From assembly GCA_964016885.1 (NCBI GenBank), contig OZ024742.1, positions 21,204,001 to 21,268,000 of the forward strand: 64,000 bases of DNA. Reading direction: 5' to 3'. Origin of the DNA: Eledone cirrhosa. Lineage: Eukaryota. The notes beneath the pieces are model-generated. The model did not search any database. It was not told the DNA's origin and saw only the letters and a list, made by a program, of their open reading frames with translations. The position numbers were made by a program, and so were the translations under genes. Positions 57,470-64,000 of the stretch are shown in pieces; position 1 is the first letter of the stretch; every line of letters begins with the position of its first letter.

Positions 57470-58657
57470 ATTACCTAGCTGATGTATAAAGCCCACTGAA
57501 GGAGTCTTCTCTCTTAGAAAGTGGAGCTCTATCTATATGGGAGAAATCTTAAAAGCGACAAAGCTGTAGGGACACACGCTCACACATATACATATGTATA
57601 TATATATATATATACAGAGAATTAATAAAGTTTTATATACTTAACATTTATGTGCGATCTCAGGTTTCGGGTCCAGGTAACGCCTCCACTTTAGAGGTGC
57701 CTCTTCAAAACTGGCCTCACATAGGGCGCTCTGAGAAATATATTAATCCGTAATCTCATCTATTCACTAGAAGGGATGGAATAGTAAAAAAATATCATGT
57801 TTTCCTAAATCAACAGATCATATATCTAAACTTCAATCTGAAATGTCCCCAAAATTTCGTTTATATATTTCTTTTAAAACTACAACTCAAATCAATGGTC
57901 TCCATCGAATTTGGTAGGAATATAATATTGATACATTCTTTGCCATTATACTGCATAAATAAACCATTCACAGTATGTCATCTAGATTAGAAAGGCTGAA
58001 CGATTATACAGCATCAAACATCGACGAATGTGATATGGAATAAAAATCGAATGTCTGTCGCACTCAAGAAAAGTTTTCACTAATTAAGTAAATCATTGCC
58101 TTTGCCCGAAATTAAAGCAAATACAACAAATATTGTTGCTCCGTGCGACAGGTTATCTTTTGTGTAAAAAAGCTATTAACATAAAATACTTTGTACTTAC
58201 CCACCACTATGGATGTTCATACTGTGTAACGTATAATGATGCCTTGTTATGGAATATATACATTTGTGCCGCTCTGATAACCCAAACTCCGCAGAAGATA
58301 GAAACAAATATTTAAAAATAAATATATTTTATAACCAAAATAAAATCTTCGATTTTATATTTTGATTTGACTAAAGTAAATCATTCGGATGCTATGAGCG
58401 TGTAACAGAAATGTGCATTAGTCAATATTCCTAATTATATAGAGAACCTAATTTGCATAAAATTGCACTGAGAATAAACCAATTTACTTCTATCCAAGTT
58501 TGTGGATACTATAAATAACTATAAAATACCATTTTCTTTGTAGTCCGTGAAATGAGTAAGCTATATCTGATGAAGTGATAAGAACTGTTTAATATCGATT
58601 TCTTTTCGTGGCCAAAGAAAGGTTTAACCAGGCTATAACATTTCACAGGAAGGAACC

Positions 58658-58732
58658 AAAGGAACCAAATAAATATACATGTATTTTTTTTAATATAAGA
58701 CTCCAGTTGCATTTTCGATTTCATTTTTTTTT

Positions 58733-58773
<41 letters not shown>

Positions 58774-58888
58774 ACAGGAAGGCGTTTATTAAATATTACC
58801 TTCTAAAGTTTACCATTCCTCAAACATTACACACACACGCACGCACACACATACACACCCATACACACACGCACGCACACACACACAC

Positions 58889-58947
<59 letters not shown>

Positions 58948-59051
58948 TGTGTGTGTGTATGGGTGTGTATGTGTGTGCGTGTGTGTGTGTGTAATGTTTG
59001 ACAGAGGAATGGCAAACTTTAGAAGGTAATATTTAATAAACGCCTTCCTGT

Positions 59052-59088
<37 letters not shown>

Positions 59089-59163
59089 AAAAAAAGATGA
59101 AATCGAAAATGCAACTGGAGTCTTATATTAAAAAAAATACATGTATATTTATTTGGTTCCTTT
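58658..59163. repeat. ~500-bp palindrome with a (CA)n/(TG)n centre
   Basis: 58658-58890 is approximately the reverse complement of 58900-59163. Confidence 0.85.
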
Positions 59164-59195
59164 ACCGGTTTCGCAGTTCTTCTGCTTTTCAAAAG
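59160..59195 (-). ncRNA. Hammerhead ribozyme family K (U3-A8)
   Basis: ctt-TTGAAAA-gcag(aagaa)ctgc-GAA-ACCGGT-A-aag. Confidence 0.78.
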
Positions 59196-59329
59196 TAGAG
59201 TTGAGATGGAGGGTTTGTGGCTTTTAAGACTCCAGTTGCATTTTCGATTTAATCTCTTTTTCTTTATACTTTCACTCGTGTAGGACACCTCGGTTATTTT
59301 TCATGTTGTAAAAAAACCTCACTTTCTAA

Positions 59330-59475
59330 TAATTGTTTCTACTTTTGGCATAAGGCCAGCAATTATCCAAGTGCATTACTGGTACTTTATTTTATCGACC
59401 CCGTAAGGATGAAAGGCAAAGTTGACCTCGGCGGGATTTGAACTCAGACCATAAAGGGCCATAACACTTTGCTCA
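59330..59475 (-). mobile_element. tRNA-derived SINE
   Basis: Same core on the minus strand. Confidence 0.85.
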
Positions 59476-59488
59476 CTTTCTAATAATA

Positions 59489-59522
<34 letters not shown>

Positions 59523-59551
59523 ATATATATATATATATATGTATGTGTATG

Positions 59552-59584
<33 letters not shown>

Positions 59585-59663
59585 ATGTATATATATATAT
59601 ATATATATATAATGTATATATATATATATATGTGTGTTTGTGTGTGTATATATATATATATAT

Positions 59664-59832
59664 TTCACCGTATTTTTTACTTAAGAAATTTTAGTGTGAT
59701 AATAGGGTTTCGACCCCTCAGATAAATGGAAAAAGATGAGTATTGACGTACAATACTCATCTTTTTCCATTTATCTGAGGGTTCTAAACCCGATTATCAG
59801 GCTAAAATTTCTTTAGTAAAAAATACGGTGAA
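59664..59832. repeat. ~80-bp-arm fold-back adjoining (TA)n
   Basis: ttcaccgtatttttt...gagtattg(acgta)caatactc...aaaaaatacggtgaa. Confidence 0.85.
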
Positions 59833-60767
59833 AGCTATTCTATTTTCTAATGTATCGTTCAGACTGGAGTGTAGTGTCTATCCCTCCACGTTACTCTTTC
59901 TTACTTCATACTTCTTTCCTTTCTCCTTTGGATTTTTTCTTTTTATTCCCTGTAAATGTGTGTTTTGTTTTTATAAGATACTGCTCAATTATTTTATTAT
60001 AATGTCAAGGTTTATTTTATGACATTGAGAGATTTTGTAGAGCCACTAATTAAATAAACATTCACAATTGTTCAACTAAACTAACATGATCAGACACACG
60101 AACACACGCATATACGAACGCACGCACGCACCAACGAAAACAGGCAAAGCATTCACCCAAAAAACCATCACCACCGACCTAAAAAAATCAGCCACTCGCC
60201 CTCACAGTGACACTTGAAACTACCCTCACCTCCTCGAACAGTTCACCACACTTTCATCCCCCTTTTCTGTGATATATTAACCATCATAATATCCGTTTTT
60301 ATTGTACGACCCCACATATTAATCACATACATAAGCATACTCGCACACATATTAAATTAGATTTAAATAATCAAAGACGCTATCGAAGACACACACAGAC
60401 ATACACACATACACTTCCATCAACGACACACAAAACACGCACACTAAGGAGAAATATGAACACCTACGAAACGTACACCAATGATATACAAGAAACCTCC
60501 ACCTTGAGCCCTACACCCGCACGCCGTACTACTCGCCTACCCTCCTCCCCCATCTTAAAATGTTCTGCTTCTATTTCCAGCCTTCCAAACTCAGTTTTCC
60601 CCACCTCTCTTTCTCTCCAAACTCTGCTCTTTCCTGACCAAGGAATTAATCCTGATACGTTGAGACATTTATTTACTTCGTTTTTATTTATCTTCATTCC
60701 TAAGCGTGAATAATTCTAATAAGAATTTTTTGTTTTTCCATTTCTCTGTTTGTCTCGTTTGTTCTTG

Positions 60768-60818
<51 letters not shown>

Positions 60819-60867
60819 GGGGGGGGTGCGTGTCTGTTTGTGTGTGCGTGTGTGTATTTATGTATGC

Positions 60868-60902
<35 letters not shown>

Positions 60903-61549
60903 CATACATACATCTCTGTACACGTTCTAGTATGAAACCAGGGAACATATAACTGATAACCAAGTGCATGTTGCGTGTAACCCACATTGACCTAGCATTT
61001 GTATTGATTTTTAATTGTAGACAGGAATTATCGATATTTATAATCAATCTGTAATTGTGGAATTTTGAGTATGTTGAATCTGTTTTTCACTTCACACATC
61101 ACTATTCTGCCCTCATATTTCTCTGCTAATATTTATATATTTTTAATGTTATTATAGGATACTGACTTCACTGATAGGTCAACCTTTGTTAATTAATTCC
61201 ATTACAGACAAAAGTTGTGAATAATTCCACATTGATGAATGCGCTTGAATATGAAGGAAAAAAGAAAAGAAGCGTGTACGTTATTCATATAAATTAATAG
61301 ATTAGGAAAGATGTAAATGTTTGTGCGTGTAATCAATTAATTGAAGTTTCATTTATGATTCTATTTTATTTTGGTTGTTACTTTTTTTACAAAGCTAGAC
61401 AGCGTTATGAAATGCTTCTATAGTCGTAAACAATTTGGTTGAGCAACAAGCCAATGAACGATTCCTTGCATAGTCCCTCAAAATATTAGAAATAGCAGCT
61501 GAATCATTCTAGATATTGAGTAGTGATCAAGTGGTGTGAACGATCTTGA

Positions 61550-61920
61550 ATAGCAGAGACCGAAATGTGGTTCCTACAAAGTGTTTTGGGAGTAAAATTA
61601 CTTAATAAAGTGAGTAGCTCGGACATCAGAGAGTCGCTCCCAATAGAGCATTTACTTCTCCGAGTTGAGAGTGATCACAGCGAGGATGTTGTTCGGCTGT
61701 CTCAAGAGGGATTTGCTGGAGAGATTTTACGGGCAAAACCAACCGACAGGAGACCCAAGGCTAGGCACTGAGCAAGATGGTTGGATAACATGCATGAACC
61801 CGGTTAGTCTCGCTTGAAGATTAAGTTGGATAAATTGGAGAGACGTGACCTTCTAGAAGGACTGTTTGAGCCCTATGCCCCTACGACTCACTCAGGAATG
61901 AGTGACGACGAAGAAGAAGT
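61550..61920 (+). mobile_element. Decayed RTE-clade LINE 3' fragment
   Basis: EMWFLQSVLGV..SSDIRESL..LLLRVE..RP..RWLD; (GAA)n-like tail. Confidence 0.7.
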
Positions 61921-62824
61921 TCGCATATGACGATGTGAACTTAGATATGCAATATTCGAGTGCAATAAGTCGTAATTGCAGAAACACTCTTGTTCAAAGA
62001 TCAAAGATCTTCTCAGTCAGATATGTCCAGAGACTAAAAAAGACTTAACAGAGAATTGGACAAATCTACAGAACATTCTATTTACTGCTGTTGTTTACCA
62101 CAGACTATACTTAACCATCCAGATTTATGAGAAAAGTTATTTTAGACTTTACAACGCACATTCCAATTTTTTTTTTGTCGAATATCATGGATTACATTGT
62201 CGAATATGTTCCGACAGTTTCCAATAATGAGATTAATTTGGTGTTATGTCTAGCAGGTGAGCCCGCCAAGTAGGAGGCTCCCAGGATGGAAATCTATGAT
62301 ACTAATGGCGCCATGAAAGTTGATAAATTTTCTGACTGTAATATCGAGAAATGGAAATCATCCGCTTAAGCTGTTAAGTGTGTTTTTAGACTTGCATTCA
62401 AAAATATTTTAAAATATGTTAAACATATTTTATGATCTTTCTCAATAATAAACCGTTCGATCAAAGCATATTTTCCCGAATTTCTAAATATAAAATATAT
62501 TTCTGGTTACTTTAGATTTTACGATAACTTTGGTTTGGAATTCAGTTTTTTGTATAGTCAGGTGTTTTATTTTTTAAGATGCATAAAGATAAAATTGTAC
62601 TAACCTGGAAGAAATGGTAGATATAAATACTGGAATATGTATACCAAACAGAACTATCAATTTGCTTACTACTGCAGCAACAACATAAACAGAAGCTCAC
62701 AATTTCATTGACCAGATGTGTCTATCTACATACACGAATTTATATATATAGTTCAAGGAGACAACAAATAAAGGAACAAAGCGTATTAGTTTCACGCTTT
62801 ATATATATACATATATATATATAT

Positions 62825-63140
62825 TTCCATTTACTTTTAGCAAGCCAATATAATGCAGATAATTATAAACGATAGTTGGATAAGTCAGGTAAATCAGATT
62901 CGGATGAAAACAAACAGAAAATCCACGGCTAACAACCCGCAAATCTCTCTCTCTCTATATATATATATGCAACCAGATGCACTGTGGTGTAATGTTTAAT
63001 ATGTTTTCAATATGCTGTAGATTTGCGGGTTGTTAGCCGTGGATTTTCTGTTTGTTGTCATCCGAATGTGATTTACCTGACTTATCCAGCTATCGTTTAT
63101 AATTATCTGCATTATATTGGCTTGCTAAAAGTAAATGGAA
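62825..63140. repeat. Inverted repeat with ~120-bp arms between (TA)n tracts
   Basis: 62825-62946 is approximately the reverse complement of 63019-63140. Confidence 0.85.
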
Positions 63141-63227
<87 letters not shown>

Positions 63228-63420
63228 TAGGCTTGAAGGTTCACCACTGGATAGAGTTGGTCATTCCGTATGGTCAATCTTGATGTAATAATATGGAGAG
63301 TACTCAACGTAAAGCAGCTAAACCGTCTTCGTTTGTGTAGTTGGTGGTGCGAATACGGAGTCAAATATTATCATAAAATAACAGGAGGCTGGACTTGTGT
63401 AAATCCTTGAAAGGTTTATT

Positions 63421-63478
63421 ATACTATGATCATTTGAATGACCGGGTTCCGTATGAATCCGGTGATATCATCAGGTAT
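63421..63478 (-). ncRNA. Family L hammerhead, G12C-mutated copy
   Basis: 63378-63530 approximately equals 53461-53610; GAAA is changed to CAAA. Confidence 0.7.
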
Positions 63479-64000
63479 TCGAAATATAATAAATGAATGT
63501 AACATATAAAATCCATGGGGCTGAAAATCATAGACCCGAGGACGATCTACCATCTAGCATCTTCCACTTTAGCCAGTCGCCCTCAAGTGCAGGCTATACG
63601 GTCTACTTAAGGCTATCTGGTGAGGGGGCGAAAGCTTATAATGTGCTACTAACCTCCCGGTGAAAGAGAAACAAAGACAGAAAGAAAGAAGAAAAGTCAG
63701 CGTTAATGTCATGCTGCAATCAGGCTAGGAATTGCCGCGAAAAATGTTATTCTAAAGAACCTATATCATAACAGAGGTATATATTATAACAGAGGTATAT
63801 ATAGTGGGCGTCTGCATGGTATCATGTGTGAACAGAAAATTGGAACGTTAAATTTTTGTTTAGATTTATAGGATGAAATAAAAACAAATTAAATTAAAGA
63901 TTAAAATTATAAAATTTAAAAAATTAGAAAATTAAAAATTAAACAGTTTAAAAAAATTTAAGGTTTGGGTTGCGAGATTTAGTTAAAGAATTTACAGAGA

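Noticed and set aside
53700-58600. Host exons or DNA transposon remnants (e.g. GC-rich 54884-54940)
   Set aside because: No credible ORF, splice pattern or paired TIRs could be established from sequence alone

Overview
AT-rich animal DNA made almost entirely of retroelements embedded in (TA)n microsatellite. The SINE family and microsatellite load are reminiscent of cephalopod genomes, which is an inference only. I see no host gene. Contents: two near-complete Penelope-like elements (PLEs; RT plus C-terminal GIY-YIG) at 1765-7717 and 48854-53447; many truncated or non-autonomous PLE derivatives; three CR1-clade LINE copies (one apparently full length, with an unusual SANT-like/polyQ/2xCCCH ORF1); RTE-clade fragments; tRNA-derived SINEs; and a 200-N gap. 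The main result, folded by eye only, is about 24 type I hammerhead ribozyme (HHR) motifs in about 12 sequence families. They include compensatory U3-A8 cores, U4C cores, very long stem II insertions, palindromic stem III, a recurrent C-C mismatch in stem II and an adjacent AATAAA. Many HHR elements share one architecture: (TA)n, an inverted copy of the 3' region, the direct copy, (TA)n. The inverted arm usually stops at an AT microhomology a short way downstream of the ribozyme cut site, which suggests twin-primed integration into (TA)n. Two head-to-head PLE/CR1 composites suggest that the two ends of one break may be primed on different RNAs.
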